In this document: positions 20,201 through 28,080 of the stretch, in pieces
How the letters are laid out: every line of letters begins with the position of its first letter
Numbering within the stretch: position 1 is the stretch's first letter
Source: an uncultured Verrucomicrobiae bacterium
Lineage (GTDB): Bacteria > Verrucomicrobiota > Verrucomicrobiia > Limisphaerales > UBA11358
Direction of reading: 5' to 3'
NCBI GenBank assembly: GCA_963754775.1
Contig: CAVWHM010000023.1
Location: forward strand, 19,734-83,733
DNA length: 64,000 bases
Made by a program: the position numbers and the translations under genes
Notes under the pieces: model-generated
What the model was told of the DNA's origin: nothing
What the model saw: only the letters and a program-made list of their open reading frames with translations
Database searches by the model: none

Positions 20201-20887
20201 GCGCTGGAATTGGATTTGGGCGATGGCCACCAGCTCGCGCTACAGGGACGGATTGACCGTGTGGATTTGTGGCGTGAGCCAGGCAGCGATGCCGCACTGG
20301 CATTGGTGCTGGACTACAAATCCAGCGGCAAAAAGCTCGATGCGATATTGGTGGAGCACGGCGTGCAGTTGCAGCTGTTGACGTATTTGAACGTGCTGCG
20401 GCATTGGCCGGACCCGCACGACGTGCTCGGCGTCGCGCGTCTGGTTCCGGCCGGTGTTTTTTACGTGAACTTGCGCGGCCAGTACGAAAGCGGCAACACG
20501 CGGGCCGAGGTGCTGGACGATGCCGGCGACGCGCGCAAACGCGCCTACCGCCACACGGGCCGCTTTGACGCCAGCGTGCTGCCGAAACTGGATCGCTTGG
20601 GAGCGGCGGACCAATTCAGCTATCAACGGAACAAGGACGGCTCGTTGCGCAAAGGGTCGGTTGAGGCCCTGCCGCGTGCGGAATTCGAAAAATTGCTGGA
20701 TCGGGTGGAGACGCAATTGCGCGGAATGGGCCGCGCGATTTTTTCCGGCGTGGCGAAGGTGGACCCGTATCGCAAGGGCAGCGAAACGCCATGCGAATAT
20801 TGCGATTACCGCGCGGCGTGCCGGATTGATCCCTGGACGCACCATTATCGCGTGTTGCGCGCGCCGCCGAAGGAAACGGGTGCATGA
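17294..20887 (+). CDS. addB: AddB/RexB helicase-nuclease subunit (PD-(D/E)xK nuclease, Fe-S cysteines) with five repeat-derived inserts
   Basis: GPAGSGKT, SVSRLEEFAQCPF, GRIDRVD, LDYKSS, CEYCDYRAAC; GTG start inferred. Confidence 0.85.
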   Translation: MQARFLLGPAGSGKTFRCLAEIRAALQEDAEGSPLVLLAPKQATFQLERQLLNSEWWGERPVPPGGDPRDPKATSSGGSPGLRRDEAASPAQAGVSPHQLSGYTRLQIFSFERLALFVFEKLRVAPPQLLTEEGRVMVLRALLMLHENELKLFRRSARRPGFARELSRLLGELQQHQFTSAKLRALASRLADQRELQDKLQDLALLLDAYAHWLTEHELQDANRLLDFATDALRELRTPILRPGATEGRPNSELRCSALWLDGFAEMTPQELDLLAAILPHCGRATLAFCLENEPKAETTWFSIWSSVGKTFQQCRERLANLPRCEISVEILKRHPQKNRFARDSALRHLEAGWQSSTRVPPAKSEADEAALPSVQITVCQNPEAEAAFAAREIVKFVRAGARFRDCAVLVRNLDGYHKPLARAFRRYGVPFFLDRRESVAHHPLAELTRSAFRTAAFDWPHDDWFAALKAGFSGVEEIEIDRLENAALEFGWRGNKWREPLPTGDPSLECLRKKIFPPFGDFAVRLTRHKNQPTGEQLAEALREFWDALDVEKTLEKWSLPERETASPVTRHQSLHSTVWEQMNVWLDNVARAFSREALPLRDWLPVLEAGLANLTVGVIPPVLDEVLVGAIDRARNPNLKFTLVLGVNESVFPAAPAAPPILTDADRDELEQGGVTLGPDLRERLARERFYGYIACTRASEKLAVTFARHDADGKTLNPSPFVSQLQRLFPKLEIEEFSGEIGLAEVVHPIEIASPLVELNSPHPAFGHPLPAMRREGRGEGLDDQWSELLELPMLKKFAERLRRLREPDPAEDLSPGLAERLFGPGLRTSVSRLEEFAQCPFRFFVRSGLRAGERKIFELDARERGSFQHDVLKVFHERLAAEGRRWRDLTPPRARERIRAIAVELTENFRGGLMRDTAQTRFEARAMAESLQDFIEVVVTWLREQNEFDPAAAEMDFGGDDARAPALELDLGDGHQLALQGRIDRVDLWREPGSDAALALVLDYKSSGKKLDAILVEHGVQLQLLTYLNVLRHWPDPHDVLGVARLVPAGVFYVNLRGQYESGNTRAEVLDDAGDARKRAYRHTGRFDASVLPKLDRLGAADQFSYQRNKDGSLRKGSVEALPRAEFEKLLDRVETQLRGMGRAIFSGVAKVDPYRKGSETPCEYCDYRAACRIDPWTHHYRVLRAPPKETGA
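17460..17588 (+). repeat. Nested GTGG REP-like element (family D), 129 bp in frame in addB
   Basis: GGTGGGGCGA...TCGCCCCACC terminal inverted repeats with an internal ccttcgcc..gcttcg element. Confidence 0.8.
17996..18058 (+). repeat. (AACTCCG)n array interrupted by a CCTTCG..GCTACGG element, in frame in addB
   Basis: Near-identical to the reverse complement of 24902-24976. Confidence 0.85.
18994..19021 (+). repeat. (GTCACCC)x4 heptamer array in addB
   Basis: gtcaccc gtcaccc gtcacca gtcactt; peptide SPVTRHQSL. Confidence 0.7.
19584..19645 (+). repeat. CCCCTCACCC..GGGTGAGGGG palindromic element in frame in addB
   Basis: Terminal inverted repeat cccctcaccc/gggtgagggg; peptide PHPAFGHPLPAMRREGRGEG. 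Confidence 0.8.
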
Positions 20888-21561
20888 CGCTCCACGGAAA
20901 ATCCGATCCCGGCTGGTCCGCGCTCGTGGAAGAATGGAAGGCCACCCAGGAACGCCTGCGCGAACGGATGATTCTCGCAGCATTGAAACCGCTTCCACGA
21001 TTCGTCGCCGGGGCGGATTGCGCGTTCTCCAACGACAAACAAACTATCTTCGCCGCTGCCGTCATTTATGACCGCGAAACGCAGCGCATCATCGAAGTCG
21101 CCCACGCCACCCGGCCGGCGGAATTCCCCTATGTTCCCGGTTTTCTCAGTTTCCGTGAAGGCCCGGCCATAAAACAGGCGATTCGTTCGTTGAAACATGC
21201 ATTCGGCGCGATTCTTTTTGACGGACAAGGCTTCGCGCACCCGCGACGCTGCGGCATCGCGTCGCATCTGGCGATTGAACTGGACAAACCCGGCGTCGGC
21301 GTCGCCAAGAGCCGGCTGATTGGAACTTTTGGGAAACTGGCATCAAGTGCCGGAGCAACGACGCCGCTCAATGATGGCGATGAACAAATTGGCGTCGTGC
21401 TGCGGACGCAGAAGGGAATTCGACCGGTTTTTGTGAGCGTCGGGCACCGCGTAGATTTGGTGTCGGCAATCAAACTGGTTCTGGCCTGCTGCACCCGCTA
21501 TCGCATTCCCGAACCAACGCGGCAGGCGGACATCGAAGTGGCGAAGTTGAAACGGCAATGA
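20884..21561 (+). CDS. nfi: Endonuclease V
   Basis: FPYVPGFLSFRE, DGQGFAHPRRCGIASH, GVAKSRL, SVGH, RIPEPTRQAD. Confidence 0.95.
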   Translation: MTLHGKSDPGWSALVEEWKATQERLRERMILAALKPLPRFVAGADCAFSNDKQTIFAAAVIYDRETQRIIEVAHATRPAEFPYVPGFLSFREGPAIKQAIRSLKHAFGAILFDGQGFAHPRRCGIASHLAIELDKPGVGVAKSRLIGTFGKLASSAGATTPLNDGDEQIGVVLRTQKGIRPVFVSVGHRVDLVSAIKLVLACCTRYRIPEPTRQADIEVAKLKRQ

Positions 21562-21563
21562 AA

Positions 21564-21847
21564 GTAGGACAGGCATCTTGCCTGTCTCTGAATTTAACCA
21601 CGAAACACACGAACGACACGAAAACTTTGAGCCGCAAAAAAAGGCGTGGAAGGCACAAGGCCAAAATTCTGGAGGGCGGATCTCTGCGACTCCCAAGTTT
21701 TTATCCGCGAATTTCGCGAATTGACGCAAATTTTTGGGGTGGGGCAAGCGTACTCGCGAGCCGAAAGTTTTTGCTCCGTAGCGGCGCGTCGGCAGACCGC
21801 CGGTGATCGAATTCAAAAAGGCGGCGCTCTGCCGAGACGCCGCTACG
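21564..21847. repeat. Mosaic of about 7 different short repeat units ending in a CGTAG doublet (family E, 21777-21847)
   Basis: gtaggacaggcatcttgcctgtc; aaccacgaaacacacgaacgacacgaa; ccgcgaatttcgcgaa; gtggggcaagcgtactcgcgagcc; cgtagcggcgcgtcggcag..ctgccgagacgccgctacg. Confidence 0.75.
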
Positions 21848-21852
21848 CCCGC

Positions 21853-23394
21853 TCAATAAACAAGAACGAGAACCGCCGCCTGCTGTGCCGACTTCACCAC
21901 ATCCTCAAATTTTTCATCCTTCGTGTTCGGCGCTTTGAGTTTGGCCGACACGTCCGGCACGGATTCGAGGAAGCTCAACAGAAAACTGCTCTTGATCGCG
22001 TAATTGACATTCTCCGGCAACGCGCCACTCGCCGCCAGCGCCACTGACGCATCCAGCTTGGCTGATACGATGCCGATGACGTTGCCATGTTCGTCCACCA
22101 GCGCACCGCCCGAATTGCCGGGCTGCACCGGCACGCTGATTTGAAAATAGCGCGGGTCGTCACTTGCGCCGGACAGCGACGCGATTTCCCCTTTGGCCAG
22201 CTTGGGCGCGAACCCCTGCAACCCGATGTCAGGAAACCCCACCGTGGCTACCGTGCTGCCCAGTTTCACCGTGCGACTTGCTGCGATGGGCAATGGAGAG
22301 AATTTCCCATCCGCTTTCAGCAGGGCCAAATCATTGGCCGCGTCCACGCTTATCACCTTGGCGGCGATCATTCCTGCGCTCGTGACCAAACGAATCTGTG
22401 CACCATCTTTAACAACATGATTGTTCGTAAACAAATAACCATCGTCCGTAATGAAAAAACCCGTGCCGGTGGCCGATGGCTGGGAATTCACAATGTCGTT
22501 GCCAGAAACAGACGGACCTGATTCCGGTGTTTTGCGCGGTTTAAACTCACGAACCAATTGTTGCGCTTTGGCGATCTGCTCCGGTGTCATCAATCGTTCA
22601 ACACGAGCGAGATTACGTTTTGCAAGTTTGCTGCCTTGAGCAGCTGCAAGATCATCCCATTTGTAAGCTTCTACATAATCCTTCGGGACACCGTCGCCGT
22701 TGTGGTAAGAAGCACCTAACTCTGACTGGCCACTTGCATCTCCTTGTTCTGCGGCCCTGCGAAACCATTTTGCTGCTTCAACTGCATCTTGAGTCACACC
22801 GTCACCTTGGGTATAACAAACTCCGAGGTCATGTTGGGCTAAAGCAACGCCTTGCTCTGCAGCTTTGTGCCACCATATCGCAGCTTCCACATAATCCTTT
22901 TCCACACCTTGGGCGTTGGCATAGCAGAAACCCAGCATGTATTGAGCCTTGGCATAATTCTGATCGGCGGCTTTGCGATACCACTTCACCGTTTCCGTTT
23001 CATCCTTCACAACGCCTTCGCCCAAATCAAAACAGAAGCCGAGAGCATATTCAGCTTCGGCATTTCCCTGTTCAGCAGCCTTACGAAACCATTTGGCAGC
23101 TTCAGAATAATCCTGAGCGACGCCCCTACCATGAGAATAAAGTGTGCCGAGGACATATTGTGCGATTACATCGCCATTTTCTGCTTGAGGCTTTGCTGCT
23201 TCGAATAGTTCACGATCTTTTTCACTCTGTTGGGCAGATGAATCTGGTGAAGGGTGTATCCTGTTGGTCTCAACAATTTCGAAGTCTGACGGGTTAACCT
23301 TTGCAGAGTTTGTCTTATCCGCATTCTGGCATTTGCCTATTGAAGCCGAAGCCAGCACCAATGCAAGTGCACATATTGCCCAGTTTGTTTTCAT
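21853..23394 (-). CDS. Exported Sel1-repeat protein with a C-terminal trypsin-like serine protease
   Basis: Repeated AQYxLG..A.KWFRKAAEQG; GTGFFI, TNNHVV, DLALLK, GNSGGAL. Confidence 0.9.
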   Translation of the reverse strand: MKTNWAICALALVLASASIGKCQNADKTNSAKVNPSDFEIVETNRIHPSPDSSAQQSEKDRELFEAAKPQAENGDVIAQYVLGTLYSHGRGVAQDYSEAAKWFRKAAEQGNAEAEYALGFCFDLGEGVVKDETETVKWYRKAADQNYAKAQYMLGFCYANAQGVEKDYVEAAIWWHKAAEQGVALAQHDLGVCYTQGDGVTQDAVEAAKWFRRAAEQGDASGQSELGASYHNGDGVPKDYVEAYKWDDLAAAQGSKLAKRNLARVERLMTPEQIAKAQQLVREFKPRKTPESGPSVSGNDIVNSQPSATGTGFFITDDGYLFTNNHVVKDGAQIRLVTSAGMIAAKVISVDAANDLALLKADGKFSPLPIAASRTVKLGSTVATVGFPDIGLQGFAPKLAKGEIASLSGASDDPRYFQISVPVQPGNSGGALVDEHGNVIGIVSAKLDASVALAASGALPENVNYAIKSSFLLSFLESVPDVSAKLKAPNTKDEKFEDVVKSAQQAAVLVLVY

Positions 23395-23398
23395 TTCG

Positions 23399-23911
23399 TC
23401 AGAGGTTAGTTGGTTTTGGTTGACCGACAAGCGAAACGCCCCCTACTTTAGGAATTAGTTTGAGCTTCTTCTCGCTAATTTCGTGCAGTTCCTCCTCCAA
23501 ATTGTAAAGTTCACATTTCTTTGAATTTATTAAACATTCCAATCGCCCAATCCTGGCAATGCACTGTTTGAGTTCCTGAATTATTTGGTGTTCGGAAGGC
23601 AGCATGGGCCGATGACCTACAGTTGGAACAAATTCAGCCGATGTGGATTCGGGGGATACGCCTACAAGCAACGCTTCGAGCCTGCGCCGTTTCTGTTCGG
23701 TTTGTTTATAGACAGTTGGATCACACAAAAGTGCGACGATGTTCCCGTTGTGCGTCAGCGCTATCGGTTTTCCTTCCGTTTCAATTTTCTTAGCAATATC
23801 TTCGGGATTGTCTTTGAGGGACGAAACTGAACATTTTTTCATCATCTTAAAGTCAATAAGTGGGGTGAGTAATTCGATTATTTCGCTTAGTTGCAACTCG
23901 CGCTTTTTCAT
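23399..23911 (-). CDS. Hypothetical protein with a Phd/YefM antitoxin-like segment
   Basis: SVSSLKDN..IAKKIETEGKPIALTHNG..VALL; low GC. Confidence 0.5.
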   Translation of the reverse strand: MKKRELQLSEIIELLTPLIDFKMMKKCSVSSLKDNPEDIAKKIETEGKPIALTHNGNIVALLCDPTVYKQTEQKRRRLEALLVGVSPESTSAEFVPTVGHRPMLPSEHQIIQELKQCIARIGRLECLINSKKCELYNLEEELHEISEKKLKLIPKVGGVSLVGQPKPTNL

Positions 23912-23992
23912 GCTTGTTATCTAAAGTTAAACATTCAAACGCTATAAAGCCCGTATCGTCCGTCCCAAAACGAATTTAAGAAACTCGTCCTG

Positions 23993-25852
23993 CTAGTGAT
24001 ACTCCTGCAACGTCTTCACGCCGTAGCCCGATTTCTTGAGCGCCGCGATGCCGAGCGCGGCCGCTTTCGCGCCGCTCAATGTCGTCATAATCGGCGTGCC
24101 GGTATAGACGGCCGTCGTGCGGATTTTGATTTCGTCGGCGCGCGGCGTGGCGCCGCTCGGCGTGTTGATGACGAACTGGATTTCCTTGTTCTTGAGCAGG
24201 TCAATCGCATTGGGTCGGCCCTCGGCGAGCTTGAAAATGCGCTGAACTTTCAGCCCGGCCTTTTCCAAAACGGTGGCGGTGCCGCTGGTGGCGACCAGCT
24301 CAAAGCCCAGTTCGACAAACTGTTTTGCCACCGCCGTGGCCTGCTTTTTGTGCGCGTCGCTCACGCTGATGAAAATCTTCCCGCTCAGCGGCAGGGACGC
24401 GCCGGCGGCGATTTGCGATTTCGCGTAGGCGATGCCGAGGTCGGCGTCCAGGCCCATGACCTCGCCGGTCGAGCGCATTTCCGGCGAGAGCAAAATGTCC
24501 TGCCCGCGAAAACGGTTGAACGGGAAAACCGACTCCTTCACCGTCCAATGTTTCGGCCGGATTTCCTTCGTGAAGCCGAGTTCCTTGAGCGTCTTGCCGG
24601 CCATGACTTTCGCCGCGAGCTTAGCCAGCGGCACGCCGATGGCCTTGGATACGAACGGCACGGTGCGCGACGCGCGCGGATTCACTTCGAGCACGAAAAC
24701 CTTTTCGTCCTTGACGGCATATTGCACGTTCATCAGGCCGATGACCTTCAATTCACGCGCCATGGCGTGGGTGTAATCGCGGATCGTTTCGATGACCTTT
24801 TTGGAAAGCGTGTGCGGCGGCAGTACCATCGCCGCATCACCGGAGTGTACGCCGGCAAATTCGATGTGCTCCAGTATTCCACCAATGACAATGGTGCCTT
24901 TTTCGGAGTTCGGAGTTCGGAGTTCGGCCTGCCCTCCGTAGCCCCTGGGCGAAGGATGGGAGTTCGGAGTTTCGAACTGGCCGACATCCGCAATGCAATC
25001 CACGTCCACTTCTGCCGCGTCCTCCAAAAATTTGTCCACGAGCACCGGGCGTTTCGGCGATGCCTCGACCGCGAAGCGCATGTAATGTTGAAGCTCGGCG
25101 TCGGAATAAACGATTTGCATCGCGCGGCCGCCCAGCACAAAAGACGGACGGACCAGGATGGGGTAACCGAGTTTTTGGGCGACCTTGAGCGCCTCGGTTT
25201 CGTTGGTGGCAATGCCGTTGGGCGGTTGCGGAATCTCGAGTTTGTCGAGCATCGCGGCGAAGAGCTTGCGGTCCTCGGCAATTTCGATGCCCTGCGGCGA
25301 GGTGCCGATGATGTTGACGCCGTTTTTCTGGAGGCCGAGCGCGAGGTTGAGCGGCGTCTGGCCGCCGAATTGCGCAATGGCGCCCCAGCACTGTTCGCGT
25401 TCGTAAATGTGCAGCACGTCTTCGAGCGTGAGCGGCTCGAAGAAAAGCTGGTCGCTCGTGTCATAGTCGGTGGAGACGGTTTCCGGGTTGGAGTTGACCA
25501 TGATGGTCTCGAACCCGTCTTCCTTGAGCGCGAACGCGGCGTGGACGCAGCAGTAATCGAATTCAATGCCCTGCCCGATGCGGTTCGGCCCGCCGCCCAG
25601 GATCATCACCTTTTTCTTCGGCGTCTTTCTGACTTCATCGTCGCCGCGGTCGTAGGTCGAATAATAATAGGGCGTGTAAGCCTCGAACTCGGCGGCGCAG
25701 GTGTCCACGAGCCGGTAACTGGGCACGAGGCCGAGCTTTTTCCGCCGGGCGCGGATTTCATCCTCGGTGGCGCCGGTCAAATGGGCGATCTGCCGGTCGG
25801 AAAAACCCAAACCTTTTGCTTTGGCCAACAATTCAGGATTCAGTGGCGCCAT
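23993..25852 (-). CDS. carB: Carbamoyl-phosphate synthase large subunit, C-terminal half only
   Basis: Begins at the oligomerisation domain (AKGLGFSDRQIA); VDTCAAEF, GGGPNRIGQGIEFDY, EVNPRASRT, MGS domain. Confidence 0.9.
   Translation of the reverse strand: MAPLNPELLAKAKGLGFSDRQIAHLTGATEDEIRARRKKLGLVPSYRLVDTCAAEFEAYTPYYYSTYDRGDDEVRKTPKKKVMILGGGPNRIGQGIEFDYCCVHAAFALKEDGFETIMVNSNPETVSTDYDTSDQLFFEPLTLEDVLHIYEREQCWGAIAQFGGQTPLNLALGLQKNGVNIIGTSPQGIEIAEDRKLFAAMLDKLEIPQPPNGIATNETEALKVAQKLGYPILVRPSFVLGGRAMQIVYSDAELQHYMRFAVEASPKRPVLVDKFLEDAAEVDVDCIADVGQFETPNSHPSPRGYGGQAELRTPNSEKGTIVIGGILEHIEFAGVHSGDAAMVLPPHTLSKKVIETIRDYTHAMARELKVIGLMNVQYAVKDEKVFVLEVNPRASRTVPFVSKAIGVPLAKLAAKVMAGKTLKELGFTKEIRPKHWTVKESVFPFNRFRGQDILLSPEMRSTGEVMGLDADLGIAYAKSQIAAGASLPLSGKIFISVSDAHKKQATAVAKQFVELGFELVATSGTATVLEKAGLKVQRIFKLAEGRPNAIDLLKNKEIQFVINTPSGATPRADEIKIRTTAVYTGTPIMTTLSGAKAAALGIAALKKSGYGVKTLQEYH
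24902..24976 (-). repeat. (AACTCCG)n + CCTTCG..GCTACGG composite, in frame in carB
   Basis: Peptide FETPNSHPSPRGYGGQAELRTPNSEK between VDCIAD and GTIVIGGI. Confidence 0.85.
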
Positions 25853-25949
25853 TTTGCCCGAACAGTAAGCCGCAAAATATACGTCGTGTCCAGTGCGATT
25901 GCCCAAATCCGCTTGCCGCCCGGGGCCGTTTGCGTTACGAAAAGCGGCG

Positions 25950-27167
25950 ATGAAAAAATTTGGGCGCGCGCTGTTCTGGCTGACGTTGTTTGCCCCCACC
26001 TTTGCTTCCGCGCAAATTGATCCCGTCAAGCGCGATCTGGTTCAGATTGGCTACAATGCCGCGTTCGAAGGTCATGCCCCGCTGGCTGCCTACGCGTATT
26101 TTTATCATAACCAGCCGGATTTTCTGCGCACGAACCTCACCTTGCGGCTGGCCCTCGCGCCGACTTATCTTGACTCAGAGCTGGGCTTCGTCGGCGGACT
26201 GGGGCCGAATACGGATTTTGCCCTCGGAGTGGCTGGCGGCGGTTATGCGGACGATTATTCAGAAATTCGCGGCGGCACGTACTATCCCAGCGAATCTTTT
26301 GACGGCAATGGCGGGGAAATTTCCGCGAGCATTTATCATCTGTTCGATCCCGGCGACGAAATTCCGCTGAACTTTGTCTTGCGCGGCACGGCGCATTATT
26401 CCTTTTACAACCGCAGCGACGATACGGCGTCCAGCTTTGCACTGCCCGCCGACCACGGCGATTTCAGCGTGCGCACCGGTCTGCGCTGGGGCGGTGTTGA
26501 GCCGACCTTGTTTCCGCCGCTCGCCATGGAATTGTCCGTCTGGTATGAAGGCCATCTGCGCAGCGATTCCGGCGCGTACGGTAATTTAACCAGCGATGGC
26601 TACGATCGCGAACTCAACGAGCAATCGCATCTGTTTTGGGCGGAAGCGGCGCTGGCTTACACGCTGCCCCAAAGCCAGCAAAGTTTTTACGTCCGCCTGA
26701 CTGCCGGCACGAGCGTGGACGCCGACCGTTTCAGCGCTTACCGGATCGGCGGATTTCTACCGCTCATCGCGGAATTTCCGCTGTCGCTGCCCGGCTATTA
26801 TTTTCAGGAAATCAGCGCGCGCCAGTTTGTGCTGCTCAATGCCAATTACCTTTTGCCACTCGACCCCCAAAAGCGATGGAACATTGACGTCAACGTCGCC
26901 AGCGCATTCGTGGATTATCTGCCCGGCGAATCGCAGCCCGGCAACTGGCTTAACGGCGTAGGCGGCGGAATTTTATATCACTCGCCCTCTGACCGCTGGA
27001 AAATCATGCTCAATTACGGCTACGGCATTGACGCCATCCGCTCGCACGGGCGCGGCGCGAACAGCCTCGGCCTGCTGGTGCAATTCGATCTCGGCCGCAA
27101 GCACAGTCAGAATTTCAATCCCACGCAGCCGTTGCTCTGGCGCGGGTGGGAGCGAATCTTCGATTGA
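25950..27167 (+). CDS. Putative outer-membrane beta-barrel protein
   Basis: Signal peptide, alternating aromatic strands, NYGYGIDA near the C-terminus. Confidence 0.6.
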   Translation: MKKFGRALFWLTLFAPTFASAQIDPVKRDLVQIGYNAAFEGHAPLAAYAYFYHNQPDFLRTNLTLRLALAPTYLDSELGFVGGLGPNTDFALGVAGGGYADDYSEIRGGTYYPSESFDGNGGEISASIYHLFDPGDEIPLNFVLRGTAHYSFYNRSDDTASSFALPADHGDFSVRTGLRWGGVEPTLFPPLAMELSVWYEGHLRSDSGAYGNLTSDGYDRELNEQSHLFWAEAALAYTLPQSQQSFYVRLTAGTSVDADRFSAYRIGGFLPLIAEFPLSLPGYYFQEISARQFVLLNANYLLPLDPQKRWNIDVNVASAFVDYLPGESQPGNWLNGVGGGILYHSPSDRWKIMLNYGYGIDAIRSHGRGANSLGLLVQFDLGRKHSQNFNPTQPLLWRGWERIFD

Positions 27168-27243
27168 AAATTGGCCGCCGCCATTTCAAAATTCAAAATC
27201 TGCTTGCGCGTCATCACGTGGACTGCATCATGATGCCATCAGA

Positions 27244-27328
27244 GCGCATATGGTGGAATTGGCAGACACGCTACTTTGAGGTGGTAGTGGGGCAACCCGT
27301 GCAGGTTCAAGTCCTGCTATGCGCACCA
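27244..27328 (+). tRNA. tRNA-Leu(GAG)
   Basis: GCGCATA/TATGCGC acceptor, D-loop GGAATTGGCAGAC, anticodon loop TTGAGGT, long variable arm, GGTTCAAGTCC, CCA. Confidence 0.93.
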
Positions 27329-27434
27329 ACTTTTACCGCAGCGATGCAAGGACGAAGGCTGCCGCGCCGAAGCTCGTGGAGCACAAGCGGGCTGATCTGA
27401 CGAAGTGCGGGCGGCTACGGCTTGGCAGGCCAAA

Positions 27435-28037
27435 TTATTTTCCCGTTAAAAATTTCTCCGCGTATTTGCCGAGCAGATCGGCTTCGAGGTTCACCGCGTC
27501 GCCTACTTTGCGCTCACGCAACGCCGTGATTTCGTAGGTGTGCGGAATAATCCAGATGCGGAAACTCTTTTTGTTCACGCCCGCGACCGTCAGGCTGATG
27601 CCGTCCACGGCCACCGAGCCTTTGAAAACGATGTAACGCATTACCTCCGGCGGCGCGGCGATGTCCAGCACATGGTCCTGGCCGGCGCGCTCCCAGCGGA
27701 CGATTTTGCCGACGCCGTCAATATGGCCGGTTACGAAATGCCCGCCAAATTCGCCGCTGGCACGCAGCGGCCGCTCCAGGTTCACGAGTGAACCGGCCTT
27801 CGCGAATTGCAGGTTGGTGCGCCGCCACGTTTCTTGGAGCAAATCAAATTGAACCAGTTTGAATTTGCCGCGCGTGGAAACTTTTACGGCGGTGAGGCAA
27901 CAGCCGTTCACCGCCAGGCTGCCTCCGGGCTTCAGGCCGCGACCGGTCGCGTTGGCGCGCACGGTCAGTTCAATGGATTTCGCCGCCGGTTTGATGCGCT
28001 CGACGATGCCCGCTTCTTCGACAATGCCTGTGAACAT
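27435..28037 (-). CDS. ribE: Riboflavin synthase (alpha chain)
   Basis: MFTGIVEE start, NGCCLT, VNLER, GHFVTGHIDG. Confidence 0.95.
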   Translation of the reverse strand: MFTGIVEEAGIVERIKPAAKSIELTVRANATGRGLKPGGSLAVNGCCLTAVKVSTRGKFKLVQFDLLQETWRRTNLQFAKAGSLVNLERPLRASGEFGGHFVTGHIDGVGKIVRWERAGQDHVLDIAAPPEVMRYIVFKGSVAVDGISLTVAGVNKKSFRIWIIPHTYEITALRERKVGDAVNLEADLLGKYAEKFLTGK

Positions 28038-28080
28038 TTCCACCAACTTAATGGTGGGGCGAGACTCCGTCGAGCCGTGT

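Noticed and set aside
21564-21847. CRISPR array
   Set aside because: No identical repeat with regular unique spacers, and no cas genes in the window
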